Notes: generated by a model not told the origin, from the letters alone. Positions 47,914 through 57,353 are shown, numbered from the stretch's first letter. The stretch is 64,000 nt of DNA from an uncultured Patescibacteria group bacterium (GCA_934699595.1 CAKUWT010000001.1:7839-71838); one strand, 5' to 3'. A program made the numbers and translations.

Positions 47914-50875
47914 TCAAGTATTAGACAAAATTAAAGATATTCAAAAAGAACTCAATGAGCTTGAGGTTAAAAAAGACCTGCCTCAATCACAACGAGTAAT
48001 TGCTTCAATTGTCAGACTTCTTGATGATTCTGTTTCTGTTGATGATCAATCCCTCTTTCAGCTTTTTACTGACAGTGACGGAAAGATCAGAGCTAATGCC
48101 TCTTGGTTCTACGAAGACTCAGTAATGACTGACAGAAAAGCGACATATAAAGTACACCCTCAAAACAACCTTAACCTTGATATTAAGCTCTACGGTATTA
48201 CCAAGCCTTCAAAGCGAACGATTGCTTGGGCTCAGTCACTAACACCAAACTTTGAAGACGAACCTTTCAACAAGAACTTCAATGTTGGAATTGATTTTAT
48301 TGTTCCAAAGAGTGCTGATCGGATCATTGTGGTCCTAAGTAATAACTGGGTTATCCGAACGCTTGAACTTAAGGGCAAGCTTACTGTTACGTTTCAAGAG
48401 ATCCTTGCACGTTGGGCTGAAATAAAAAACTTCGATAACAAAACTGAGCTTCACAATATCCTTTGGGAAAGTTTTGATATTCAGCCTCTCAACAAGAAGT
48501 TTTACTCTGGTATCAGTGAACGCTTTACTCTTCTTCGTCAATATCTTGTTAAGGAAAAGGTGTTTGATGAAAAGCACGCTTCTTTGTTTGCAAACCGACT
48601 TCTTGGTCGAGTTATCTTCTGTTGGTTCTTGGACAAAAAAGGGATCATCAATCCTGACCAGAAGTACTTCGATTCTAAATCTTTTGATAATGACAGTGAA
48701 TACTACAAAACCAAACTAGAAAGACTTTTCTTTGAGGTGTTAAATACACCTATTGAAGATCGAGAATTTAAAGATGATGTAACACCATTTCTAAACGGCG
48801 GTCTTTTTGAAGCACGAAAAAATGATCTTTACAAAAATTCGAAGCTTTCATTCCCGAAGAATTATTTTGACGATCTGTTTGAGTTTCTTTCTGGATACAA
48901 CTTCACAACTGATGAGAGCACGAGTCAGTTCCAGCAAGTAGCGATTGACCCCGAGATGCTTGGTCGTATCTTTGAAAACCTTCTTGCTGAAATGACAGAA
49001 GAGACTGGAGAGCAGGCCCGAAAAGCAAAAGGTGCTTTCTATACACCTCGAGAAATCGTAGACTATATGTGCAAGGAATCGCTCAAGGAATATCTTAAAA
49101 CTAAGATTGAGAAAGATGAGCAGTTGGACCAACGTTTGTATCAGCTTATAGATGCCCCTGATAAAGACTTTCAAGACCAAGACCATAATTGGCGAAGGGA
49201 CTGGAAACCTTACAAATCTGATATTTTGAAGGCTCTTGATGAGCTGAAAGTTCTTGATCCAGCTTGTGGATCTGGGGCGTTTCCAATAGGTATGCTTCAG
49301 CTTCTGGTGCGCGTATATGAGCGTTTAGAGGCTCGTTTTGACTCGTATAAGACGAAATTGGGCATTATAGAGAAGAATATCTATGGTGTAGATATAGAGC
49401 CGATGGCGGTTGAAATAGCACGGCTTCGAGCGTGGCTTTCAATTATCGTTGACGAAGAATCAGATTCTAAAAAGATTAAACCACTTCCAAACCTTGAGTT
49501 TAAATTCATTTGTGCTAACTCGCTTATAGATCTCGATAGGAATAGTAATAATACTTTTGGTGACGATCCAGAACTGCAAGAGAAGCTTGCGTCTATTCGA
49601 GATGCTTATTTCAATACCGAAAGCTTGAACAAGAAAAAGAAACTACGAACTGATTATGAAAAACTGGTAACTCAAGGAGAAGGGTTGTTTGGTGAATCTA
49701 AGAAATCAAAACAATTGAAGACTTATAGACCGTTTGATAATGAGGCTCAAGCTGATTTCTTTGATCCTAAATTTATGTTTGGAGTTGGAGCATTTGATGT
49801 GGTTATTGGAAATCCTCCTTATTATGTCATCAAAAAAACGCATCCCCACCTACGGTATTTTGAAGATAATTATTTTCTTACTAAAGGCGGAAAGAAGAAT
49901 TTGTATAGGCTGTTTTTTGAAAAAGGTTTTAGTTTACTAAAGAAAAGTGGAGTTTTAACGTTTATAACCCCCGACAACTATCTGACAAGTAAAGATAGCA
50001 AGTTACTAAGAAAGAAGATCATTGAAGATCTAAAAATACGCTCGATCATCCATTTCACGGAAAAAGACAGTGTGTTCGAAAGTGCCACTCAAGCGGTTGC
50101 TGTGGTTATCCTTCAAAATGACAGTTTAGATAATTATACCTTCAACTTTAAACAATACGGTGAAGAGTACACATTAGAAAGCCTTTTAATTAAACAAAGG
50201 AAAGGATTTTACATTAAGCCACTACCTGAAATTATTGAAAAAATAGAGTCATTTCCACATCAACTTTCTACTTATGTTGAGGGTTTCCAAGGAGAAATAA
50301 ATGTCTCTACAAAAAAACATTTATTTTCTATAAATAACAACCGAGACTTTTTACCGCTTCTAAGAGGAATGCACATAGGAAGATTCTCTTTAAAAGAAGA
50401 ACCTAAAGAGTATTGCCCTATAGGTGCTCAAAAAAGAGATCACTATAAAGTAGATCGTGTTGTTATTCAGGAAGTTTCAAATTCAGGCTTGAAGCAAAGA
50501 CTAAATGCAGTATTGCTTAATAATTATTTGTGTGGACACACAACTAATTATTTATTTAGTAAGTCTAAGGATTTTGATAATTATTCAATTCTCGGTTTAA
50601 TTAATTCATCATTACTGAACTATTATTTCAAGTTTTACAACCAAACCAACCACGTTCCTATTGGTGAGATAAAACAAATACCTATCCCGAACCTAAAAGG
50701 TAAAAAGAATATTATAAATTCAATTAGCAGAATAGCTAAAGAATTAACCGAAGAACATAGACACAATAATTACGGTGATTTATCCTCAAAAGAGGCTGAA
50801 TTGAACAAGTTGGTCTATAGCTTATATGATCTTACAGAGGAAGAGATTAAAGTTATCGAAGTATCAACATTATGA
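47906..50875 (+). CDS. Eco57I/gamma-class N6-adenine DNA methyltransferase with N-terminal and C-terminal accessory (target-recognition) domains
   Basis: FYTPREIVDYM, LDPACGSGAF (motif I), VVIGNPPY (motif IV); 8-nt overlap with the upstream gene. Confidence 0.9.
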   Translation: MSNQVLDKIKDIQKELNELEVKKDLPQSQRVIASIVRLLDDSVSVDDQSLFQLFTDSDGKIRANASWFYEDSVMTDRKATYKVHPQNNLNLDIKLYGITKPSKRTIAWAQSLTPNFEDEPFNKNFNVGIDFIVPKSADRIIVVLSNNWVIRTLELKGKLTVTFQEILARWAEIKNFDNKTELHNILWESFDIQPLNKKFYSGISERFTLLRQYLVKEKVFDEKHASLFANRLLGRVIFCWFLDKKGIINPDQKYFDSKSFDNDSEYYKTKLERLFFEVLNTPIEDREFKDDVTPFLNGGLFEARKNDLYKNSKLSFPKNYFDDLFEFLSGYNFTTDESTSQFQQVAIDPEMLGRIFENLLAEMTEETGEQARKAKGAFYTPREIVDYMCKESLKEYLKTKIEKDEQLDQRLYQLIDAPDKDFQDQDHNWRRDWKPYKSDILKALDELKVLDPACGSGAFPIGMLQLLVRVYERLEARFDSYKTKLGIIEKNIYGVDIEPMAVEIARLRAWLSIIVDEESDSKKIKPLPNLEFKFICANSLIDLDRNSNNTFGDDPELQEKLASIRDAYFNTESLNKKKKLRTDYEKLVTQGEGLFGESKKSKQLKTYRPFDNEAQADFFDPKFMFGVGAFDVVIGNPPYYVIKKTHPHLRYFEDNYFLTKGGKKNLYRLFFEKGFSLLKKSGVLTFITPDNYLTSKDSKLLRKKIIEDLKIRSIIHFTEKDSVFESATQAVAVVILQNDSLDNYTFNFKQYGEEYTLESLLIKQRKGFYIKPLPEIIEKIESFPHQLSTYVEGFQGEINVSTKKHLFSINNNRDFLPLLRGMHIGRFSLKEEPKEYCPIGAQKRDHYKVDRVVIQEVSNSGLKQRLNAVLLNNYLCGHTTNYLFSKSKDFDNYSILGLINSSLLNYYFKFYNQTNHVPIGEIKQIPIPNLKGKKNIINSISRIAKELTEEHRHNNYGDLSSKEAELNKLVYSLYDLTEEEIKVIEVSTL

Positions 50876-51309
50876 AATCAATAATCTTTGCCAGAGTTTC
50901 AGATAAAAAACAGGACTCAAACGAGGCTCAAGTGTCTCGTATTTCTGAATACATCAGAGCCAAAGATCTTCAGGTTTGGAAAACATATGAGCTTGAAGAG
51001 TCTTCAACTCGTGGCGAATTACTAAAGATGACTATGACAGAAAGTTGAAAGAGCTTAAGTCAAAACAGCACGATCTCAATATACAAATTGAGGACCATAC
51101 TAAGGCAGACGAAAACTACTATATTACTGCTTCTACAGTGTTAAATTTGGCTAAGAGCGCACTGACGCTATTTGAAAGTTCCGAAGTGCACGAAAAAAGA
51201 GCTATGCTCAATTATCTACTTCAGAACTGCGTCGTAAATGGAAAAAAGCTAGAGTTTTCAATACGATCTCCGTTTAACCATATACTAGAATTGCACAATC
51301 AACCTACTA
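50872..51309 (+). pseudogene. serine recombinase remnant (N-terminal catalytic fragment plus frameshifted C-terminal fragment)
   Basis: MKSIIFARVSDKKQDSNEAQ (catalytic Ser motif) stops after 58 aa; the C-terminal-like fragment 51045.. in another frame runs into the tRNA. Confidence 0.55.
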
Positions 51310-51383
51310 GGCTCCGCGGGCAGGATTCGAACCTGCGACCAATCGGTTAACAGCCGACTGCTCTACCGCTGAGCTACCGCGGA
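51310..51383 (-). tRNA. tRNA-Asn (anticodon GTT)
   Basis: manual fold: 7-bp acceptor TCCGCGG/CCGCGGA, D-arm GCTC/GAGC, anticodon loop CTGTTAA, T-arm GCAGG-TTCGAAT-CCTGC. Confidence 0.8.
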
Positions 51384-51597
51384 ATGGTTTTTCTTTAATG
51401 ATGGTTATAATCAGCACTCACTAAAGGCTCAATCGTATATGAAATACATACGATTGAGCCATTGTACTGGCTTTGTTGGTTTTTTTCAACCCCGGTACAT
51501 ATTATTTGTACAAAAAGTGGGGGAAAGCCTCCCTGAAGTTTTCTCAAAAAAGCGTATAATGAGAAGTGGAGCTTATTGGCTTAAAGAATACTGAATT

Positions 51598-51903
51598 ATG
51601 TTGAAATTATATTACAAACCGACTTGTCCTTATTGTCAGAAAGTATTGGCTGCGGCCGATGAGATGGGGGTAGAATTTGATTTGCACGATATTACAGAAT
51701 ACGAGGAGACTCTAGAAGAATTAATGACTTTGAGTGGTAAGCGTCAAGTGCCGTTTTTGGTTGATGAAGAAAGAGGTGTCAAAATGCCTGAGTCAGATGA
51801 TATTATCGCCTATCTAAAAGAAAACTATGCTGGCGGAAATACCGACGGTAAGCCGAAGGTGGTGTCTGTATCAGATAATAGTTGCGTTTCTTGTGAAGGC
51901 TAG
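51598..51903 (+). CDS. glutaredoxin/NrdH-like thiol-disulfide oxidoreductase
   Basis: CPYC active site (KPTCPYCQK), thioredoxin fold length. Confidence 0.65.
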   Translation: MLKLYYKPTCPYCQKVLAAADEMGVEFDLHDITEYEETLEELMTLSGKRQVPFLVDEERGVKMPESDDIIAYLKENYAGGNTDGKPKVVSVSDNSCVSCEG

Positions 51904-51967
51904 AAGGGAAGTTTTCCAAAATTTTAGAACAAAGTTTATTAACTATTAGATTTAGCTGAGAATAACT

Positions 51968-52333
51968 ATGAGTGATTTTCAAATTAGTTTCAAACATACT
52001 AATACTACTCCAAATGAGGAGTTGCAGGGTTTGATTACTGAGAAGTTCGCTACTTTACAGAAATTTGTTCAGAATGAGACGGATGTCAAGCTTGATATCG
52101 AACTAGAGGAGTTGCAGATTGGTCGCACTGGCGATAAATTTAGAGTAGAAGGTAATTTTTGGCTGGCGGGTAAGATGTATCGCGCTGAATCAACTGCTGA
52201 AAGTTTTGAAAAGGGGATAGATCTAGTGCGTAATGATATCCAAAGAAAGGTTCGTAAACGACAAGATAAGAAAGATACTTTATTGCGACGGGGGAGTATG
52301 GCTATCAAAAGGATGTTGCGTCGCGGAGAGTAA
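51968..52333 (+). CDS. hpf: ribosome hibernation promoting factor (HPF/RaiA, short form)
   Basis: S30AE-family pattern (FQISFKHTNTTPNEELQGLITEKFATLQKF...). Confidence 0.75.
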   Translation: MSDFQISFKHTNTTPNEELQGLITEKFATLQKFVQNETDVKLDIELEELQIGRTGDKFRVEGNFWLAGKMYRAESTAESFEKGIDLVRNDIQRKVRKRQDKKDTLLRRGSMAIKRMLRRGE

Positions 52334-52375
52334 CGGAAACTTAAAGGTGCGGTTATAAAATGAGGGGAAAAGAAA

Positions 52376-52411
52376 ATGCCCAGCGAATCTTTGATTCGCT
52401 GGGCATTTTCG
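52376..52411. terminator. bidirectional rho-independent terminator between hpf and fmt
   Basis: AATGCCCAGCGAATC-tttg-ATTCGCTGGGCATT with T runs on both strands. Confidence 0.8.
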
Positions 52412-52430
52412 CCAATTACCAGCTGACTAA

Positions 52431-53303
52431 TTAGTGCCGGTTAAAATAATCACTAAAACTCATCTCAGCCCTTCCTTCAGGAATAATTCTCTCAATTACC
52501 AAGCGATCATTTTCAAACCTGGCATGTTGAATTTTGATGCGTTTCCCGGCGTGAAAAAAGTATGTCCCTGGCCAGCCATCTAACGCTAAGATACGCTGAT
52601 AGATCTCAAAAGCCCTTTTTCCACGCGGCAAGTTGGACGGATCAATATTTACCTCACCCATTTCTTTAGTAATTTTCTGAGTGAAAGTAGCCAGTTCATG
52701 TTCTTGCTCTTGGGGAATAATTTCTCCAGTTGGTAGTAACTCCAGGGCCTCTGCCAGTAGTTGGCCACTCAGTTTGGCTAGCTTCTCGTCTAGAAATAAT
52801 CCCGAAACTGGTTCAGTCAATGGGTATGCTTCTTGTAACAAAATTGGTCCGTGATCTACCTGATTATCCATTTGGATAATAGTAACTCCGGCGGCTTCAG
52901 GATCATAAAGCAAAGTACTGCGAATTGGGCTCGGACCACGTAATTTTGGCAACAATGACGGGTGGGCGTTGATAGTGCCGTACTGAGGCAAGTTGATGAG
53001 CCAGTCTGGCATAATCTTGCCGTAAGCTAATACTACAAAGAAATCCCACTTAGTCTCAGTAAGTTCTTTAAGGGTCTCATGATCTTTTAGGGTAGATGGC
53101 TGCAAGACAGCTATATCGTTAGTCTCTGCCCAGATTTTCGCTGGTGGTGGGGTGAGAAGATTTTTACGTCCCGAACGAGCGTCTGGATTCGTCACCACCA
53201 GCTCTGGCAAATAGCCAGCCTGCTTCAATTCTTCCAGCGCAAAAACAGCAATTTCTGGAGTACCAAAAAAAGCAAATTTTGGCTTTGAGATTGATTTATT
53301 CAT
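52431..53303 (-). CDS. fmt: methionyl-tRNA formyltransferase
   Basis: FFGTPEIAV N-terminus, NAHPSLLPKLRGPSPI motif. Confidence 0.9.
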   Translation of the reverse strand: MNKSISKPKFAFFGTPEIAVFALEELKQAGYLPELVVTNPDARSGRKNLLTPPPAKIWAETNDIAVLQPSTLKDHETLKELTETKWDFFVVLAYGKIMPDWLINLPQYGTINAHPSLLPKLRGPSPIRSTLLYDPEAAGVTIIQMDNQVDHGPILLQEAYPLTEPVSGLFLDEKLAKLSGQLLAEALELLPTGEIIPQEQEHELATFTQKITKEMGEVNIDPSNLPRGKRAFEIYQRILALDGWPGTYFFHAGKRIKIQHARFENDRLVIERIIPEGRAEMSFSDYFNRH

Positions 53304-53319
53304 AAATTAGAAAAAATAA

Positions 53320-53835
53320 TTACCGCTGTAGCTCATCTTTGTAGTAGACGTCCTCAGCGCGATCAATAAAGAGAGTGCCGTCAAGATGGTCACACTCATG
53401 TTGGATGATTTGCGCCAACAAACCGCCGGTGCCCCGAGAATATTCCTTACCATGCTCATCGAGAGCCGTAAAGTTTACATTGGTGGAACGTCGAACAGTG
53501 CCATAGTAATCTGGCAAGGATAGACAACCCTCGCCCAGGACTTTAGTTTTTTTAGACCAATTGGTGATTCGCGGATTAATTGCTACTAGGTCTGGGATCT
53601 GATCTTTAGGGTCGCGATCTTTACTTTGGTCAGAGATGAGAAAAATACGTTTGGCAACACCAATCTGTGGGGCAGCAATTGCTACTGCGATGTAGCCCTC
53701 AGCATTATAGGTTGCCATGGCTTTGTGCATAGCTTTAATAATTTTAGTAACCGTGCCGTCAGCAAACTCCTCAGGAGTAACTTCCTCAGCGATGCTGTGT
53801 AGGGCGGGATGGTTTTGTGGCACCAGTTTGGTCAT
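53320..53835 (-). CDS. def: peptide deformylase
   Basis: GEGCLSLP, HECDHLDG motifs. Confidence 0.9.
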   Translation of the reverse strand: MTKLVPQNHPALHSIAEEVTPEEFADGTVTKIIKAMHKAMATYNAEGYIAVAIAAPQIGVAKRIFLISDQSKDRDPKDQIPDLVAINPRITNWSKKTKVLGEGCLSLPDYYGTVRRSTNVNFTALDEHGKEYSRGTGGLLAQIIQHECDHLDGTLFIDRAEDVYYKDELQR

Positions 53836-53886
53836 AATTTTTATACTATGACACGATAATAGTTATTTTACAACTATCAGATGCTA

Positions 53887-55794
53887 CTAAATTATCCGGT
53901 CTGGATTTAGGCGCATAGCCACCACAGGAGGTAATCCGCGGAGTTTTTCCAGCAATGAGGTGGTGTCACGGCCTCGGGGAGTACGTAAGAGGCAATGTCT
54001 GGTACGAGAGCCATTCTTAGTCATTAGAGGACTGTAGTAAAACTGACTCTCTTTCTTATAGTCGACTAGGAGATCCTTCAGAAAAGCTTCGATTTTTTGA
54101 ATGGCTTCTGATTTTCCTTGCCAGGTTAGTAAGAAGAAATTAGTAAAGGGAGGATAGTGCAGCTGTTCGCGAAGAGCAAGTTCATCATTATAGTATTTTT
54201 CAATCGCACCCTGCACAGCGTACTTAAGTAGACCATCTGGTTCCTGACGAGTCTGCACGATCATTTGATGAGTAGTTTTTTCGGCAATCTGTAACAAAGA
54301 GCGCATTAGGAGCTCATCAGCTCTCCAGGTGGGAGTGGATCGGAGTGCGTCTACTGAAGAAATAATTGAAAGGTGGAGGTTGTCACTTAGATAGGGGATA
54401 ATCATACTGGTACCAATAATTAACACTCCCTTAGCGTCAGAAATTTCTTTAGCTAGTTTCTTGGCTTTGGGATAAGTCCCAGCACTAAGATGATCAAAAA
54501 CGAGTAGGGGAACTTCACCAAGAGTGGCTTTTAATTCCTCGACTATATATTGAATTCCTAGTCCTCGCTCACGTAATCGCCAGGACCCACAATAAGCACA
54601 GGTGTCAGCAGCTGGTATCCGCCTACCGCTGGTAGCGGAAACAAACCAACGCTTTTCATTACCCTCAGAGTCGTGAGTGCGAAGCAAAGAAAAAGGAGAT
54701 CCAGAATCAGGATCGCGTGCAGTTTCTCCGCAGTCAAGACAGGCCACCACTGGTGCTAAGCCTCGATGAGCAGCATGAATGAAGACGTTGTTTCGCCCCG
54801 CCAAAACATCTTTAATTTTTTGCAAATTTGTGGTAGTGAAGAGCTGAAAGGGCTGTTCATGTGAGGTGCGTTTTTCGGCCACGTCAATATCAATTTTGCA
54901 ACGGTGAGGCAAGCGTTTGGGGAATTCGCCAAGACTTTGGTAAAAATCGTCACGACGTTTTTGCTCATCTTCAGGGTGAATAAGGAGGTCGCTCAAAATC
55001 AGGTTCTGTTTAGTGGTTTTTGTCCAGTGTTTTAGTAATTCAACATAATCAAGATATGGACGAGTTAAGAGTTGGTATTGGGGACTGGCGGATTCATCAA
55101 TAATAATAGTTGAGATATCTGCACGGTCGAGGAAAGCGAAGTTAGGATTGGCAATAATCAGCTTAGACTGGCTGCTATCCATGAAGCCTTGATAGGCCTC
55201 AATGCGTTGTTTCTTGCTTTGGTGAGTTGTAAGGCAAACTAAGCGATCTTTGATACCTTTCCCGAGTCTGTCTCGTAAGTACTCAGCGGTAATGGTATGT
55301 GGAGTGACTAATAAAACAGATTGTTCTTGTGCGAAGACCTTGCGAATAATACTCTGGTAGGCAACCAAGCGGTCGCTGCTGCTGGCTAACAGCACTTGTG
55401 GTTCCAGATACTCAAACTCGGGAATTCTTAAGTCGGGGGTGAGTAGTGGGTAGGGGGTGTCACCATTGCGAATATCGGTAGGTAGTAGAGTGTGGAGGAT
55501 ACTGCTGAGACTATAGGGGGTATTTTTAGTGATGCTCTGCGCAGTTTCCATAAAGCTTGGTGGCAAGGAAGTAACTTGCTTTTGTGGAGGTAGTTTTTTC
55601 AGAGAGAAAGTAGCCGAGCGGAGGGCTGTTTTGGCAGTAGAGACAGCTTCGCTTTTGATAACTATACCAGTCAGCTGGCGACTGCGCACGGGGACTTGTA
55701 GTAAGGTGCCAAGAGGGTATTCGTGTTTAGAAAAATAGGTCAGGCAGTCAAGATTGCTGCCCCGGGCAAGAGGAATGACAGAGATAGTAAACAT
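53887..55794 (-). CDS. priA: primosomal protein N' (PriA) homolog with degenerate helicase motifs
   Basis: PriA-like 3'-DNA-binding N-terminus, Cys-rich zinc region (CLDCGE...CAYCGS), DES in place of DEEH; Walker A position reads LLASSSDRL. Confidence 0.7.
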   Translation of the reverse strand: MFTISVIPLARGSNLDCLTYFSKHEYPLGTLLQVPVRSRQLTGIVIKSEAVSTAKTALRSATFSLKKLPPQKQVTSLPPSFMETAQSITKNTPYSLSSILHTLLPTDIRNGDTPYPLLTPDLRIPEFEYLEPQVLLASSSDRLVAYQSIIRKVFAQEQSVLLVTPHTITAEYLRDRLGKGIKDRLVCLTTHQSKKQRIEAYQGFMDSSQSKLIIANPNFAFLDRADISTIIIDESASPQYQLLTRPYLDYVELLKHWTKTTKQNLILSDLLIHPEDEQKRRDDFYQSLGEFPKRLPHRCKIDIDVAEKRTSHEQPFQLFTTTNLQKIKDVLAGRNNVFIHAAHRGLAPVVACLDCGETARDPDSGSPFSLLRTHDSEGNEKRWFVSATSGRRIPAADTCAYCGSWRLRERGLGIQYIVEELKATLGEVPLLVFDHLSAGTYPKAKKLAKEISDAKGVLIIGTSMIIPYLSDNLHLSIISSVDALRSTPTWRADELLMRSLLQIAEKTTHQMIVQTRQEPDGLLKYAVQGAIEKYYNDELALREQLHYPPFTNFFLLTWQGKSEAIQKIEAFLKDLLVDYKKESQFYYSPLMTKNGSRTRHCLLRTPRGRDTTSLLEKLRGLPPVVAMRLNPDRII

Positions 55795-55915
55795 ATTTTA
55801 GCTATTATAACAAAAATACAATACGACCGATCAAAACCTAGAAACTTGAAAAGTGATACCGATCGAGACGGGGGAGTTGCGTATGTGGGCAGATGACTTT
55901 TTCGAGAAGTTTATT

Positions 55916-57250
55916 TTATTTAATATATTTAATATCTGCTCCGAGTGATTGTAGCCGCTTCACCAAGCGCTCATATCCGCGATTAATGCTGTAAATATTT
56001 CTTAGGACTGAGTGACCTTTGGCACCTAACATGCCAATAAGGAGAATTGTTGCGGGGCGAAGAGCTGGCGGACAAACTAGTTCGTTGGAGTGTAGGGGTG
56101 TGGGGCCATTGATGAAGATACGGTGAGGGTCGGCCAGGACCGTCTCTGCACCCAGTTTATCTAACTCAGTAAAATAGATAGCCCGTTTTTCATACATCCA
56201 GTCATGGATAAAAGTTTGTCCTTTTGTTTGGGTAGCGATAACGGCGAAAAAAGGCAGATTGTCAGCGTTCAGTCCTGGATATGGACGAGAGTGAACTTTT
56301 TCAGGCGGAGCTACCAGTTTGCTTTTCTTGATGACCAAATCCACCAAACGACATTGCTGGTTATGTGATAAGTAGGGTTTGCTCTGTTCGTAACGCATCC
56401 CCATTTTTTTTAAGGTCAATAACTCTAGTTCTAAAAAATCAATTGGAGCGCGAGTAATAGTGATTTGAGAATTGGTTACTAAAGCTGCAGCGATAAAAAA
56501 CATACTGTCGGTCGGGTCCTCAGCGAGAGTGTATTCGATGTCCTCTTTAATTTCCTTAAGGCCAGTTACGGTGAGAGTGGTGGTGCCGATACCATCAATC
56601 TGGACACCAAGTTTCTGTAAAAACACACACATTTCTTGCACCATATAGTTGGCTGACGCGTATTTAATGACCGTAGTACTTGGAGTTAAGGCGGCAGCAA
56701 GTAGAGCGTTCTCGGTCACAGTGTCTCCTGATTCGTAAAGGATAATCTCAGCCGGTCTCTTAGCGCGATAAGAGACCTCATAATCATGTTCGGTAGTTTT
56801 AATTTTAACGCCAAAATTTTCTAGAGCGAAAAAATGTGGCCGTACTGTGCGACTACCGAGTTTGCAGCCGCCGGATTGCGGCAAAGAGAATGTTTCTAGA
56901 GAGTGAATGAGTGCGCCGATAAACATCACAATACTACGAGTGCGCATAGCAGCTGGACGATCAATCTTGTGCAGCTGATAGGTTTTGGGAGGCGTTAGTA
57001 CCAAAGTACTGCCACGCCACTCCACCTTCATGCCAATGCTAGCTAGCACTTCCAAAAGACGGTTGACCTCTTCAATTTGAGGCACTTGATGGAGGATAGT
57101 TATGCCGCGATTCAAAATTGAAGCACAAAGTAAGCCCACGGCACCGTTTTTGGAGGTATTAGTTTTAATGGTTCCAGTTAATTCCTTGTCACCGTGGATA
57201 GAAACATTCAAAGTGACGTCGGTTCCTGCAGCTGCTGATATTTTTTTCAT
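55916..57250 (-). CDS. murA: UDP-N-acetylglucosamine 1-carboxyvinyltransferase
   Basis: EPSP-synthase-family fold; MurA-like N-terminus; start set at MKKISAAAG (ORF extends to 57310). Confidence 0.8.
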   Translation of the reverse strand: MKKISAAAGTDVTLNVSIHGDKELTGTIKTNTSKNGAVGLLCASILNRGITILHQVPQIEEVNRLLEVLASIGMKVEWRGSTLVLTPPKTYQLHKIDRPAAMRTRSIVMFIGALIHSLETFSLPQSGGCKLGSRTVRPHFFALENFGVKIKTTEHDYEVSYRAKRPAEIILYESGDTVTENALLAAALTPSTTVIKYASANYMVQEMCVFLQKLGVQIDGIGTTTLTVTGLKEIKEDIEYTLAEDPTDSMFFIAAALVTNSQITITRAPIDFLELELLTLKKMGMRYEQSKPYLSHNQQCRLVDLVIKKSKLVAPPEKVHSRPYPGLNADNLPFFAVIATQTKGQTFIHDWMYEKRAIYFTELDKLGAETVLADPHRIFINGPTPLHSNELVCPPALRPATILLIGMLGAKGHSVLRNIYSINRGYERLVKRLQSLGADIKYIK

Positions 57251-57353
57251 AATTACTGCTCTACTATAGCAAATAAAAATATTCCAGAAAATAACTCTTA
57301 TTTTTAACACTGACTGACTGGCAAGTTTGGATTTAAGATAAAAAAAGGGTAAG

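Larger units (their letters stand above)
44072..51309. mobile_element. integrated genomic island at tRNA-Asn carrying an RM/defense-like module and a decayed serine recombinase
   Basis: visibly AT-richer than flanks; bounded by a tRNA 3'-end direct repeat; excisionase-family HTH and recombinase remnant. Confidence 0.7.

Noticed and set aside
51045-51350. 101-aa ORF called as an intact gene
   Set aside because: Its last 14 codons are read from the tRNA-Asn sequence, and it starts in a different frame immediately after a truncated recombinase N-terminus. It is interpreted as a pseudogene fragment, not a functional CDS.
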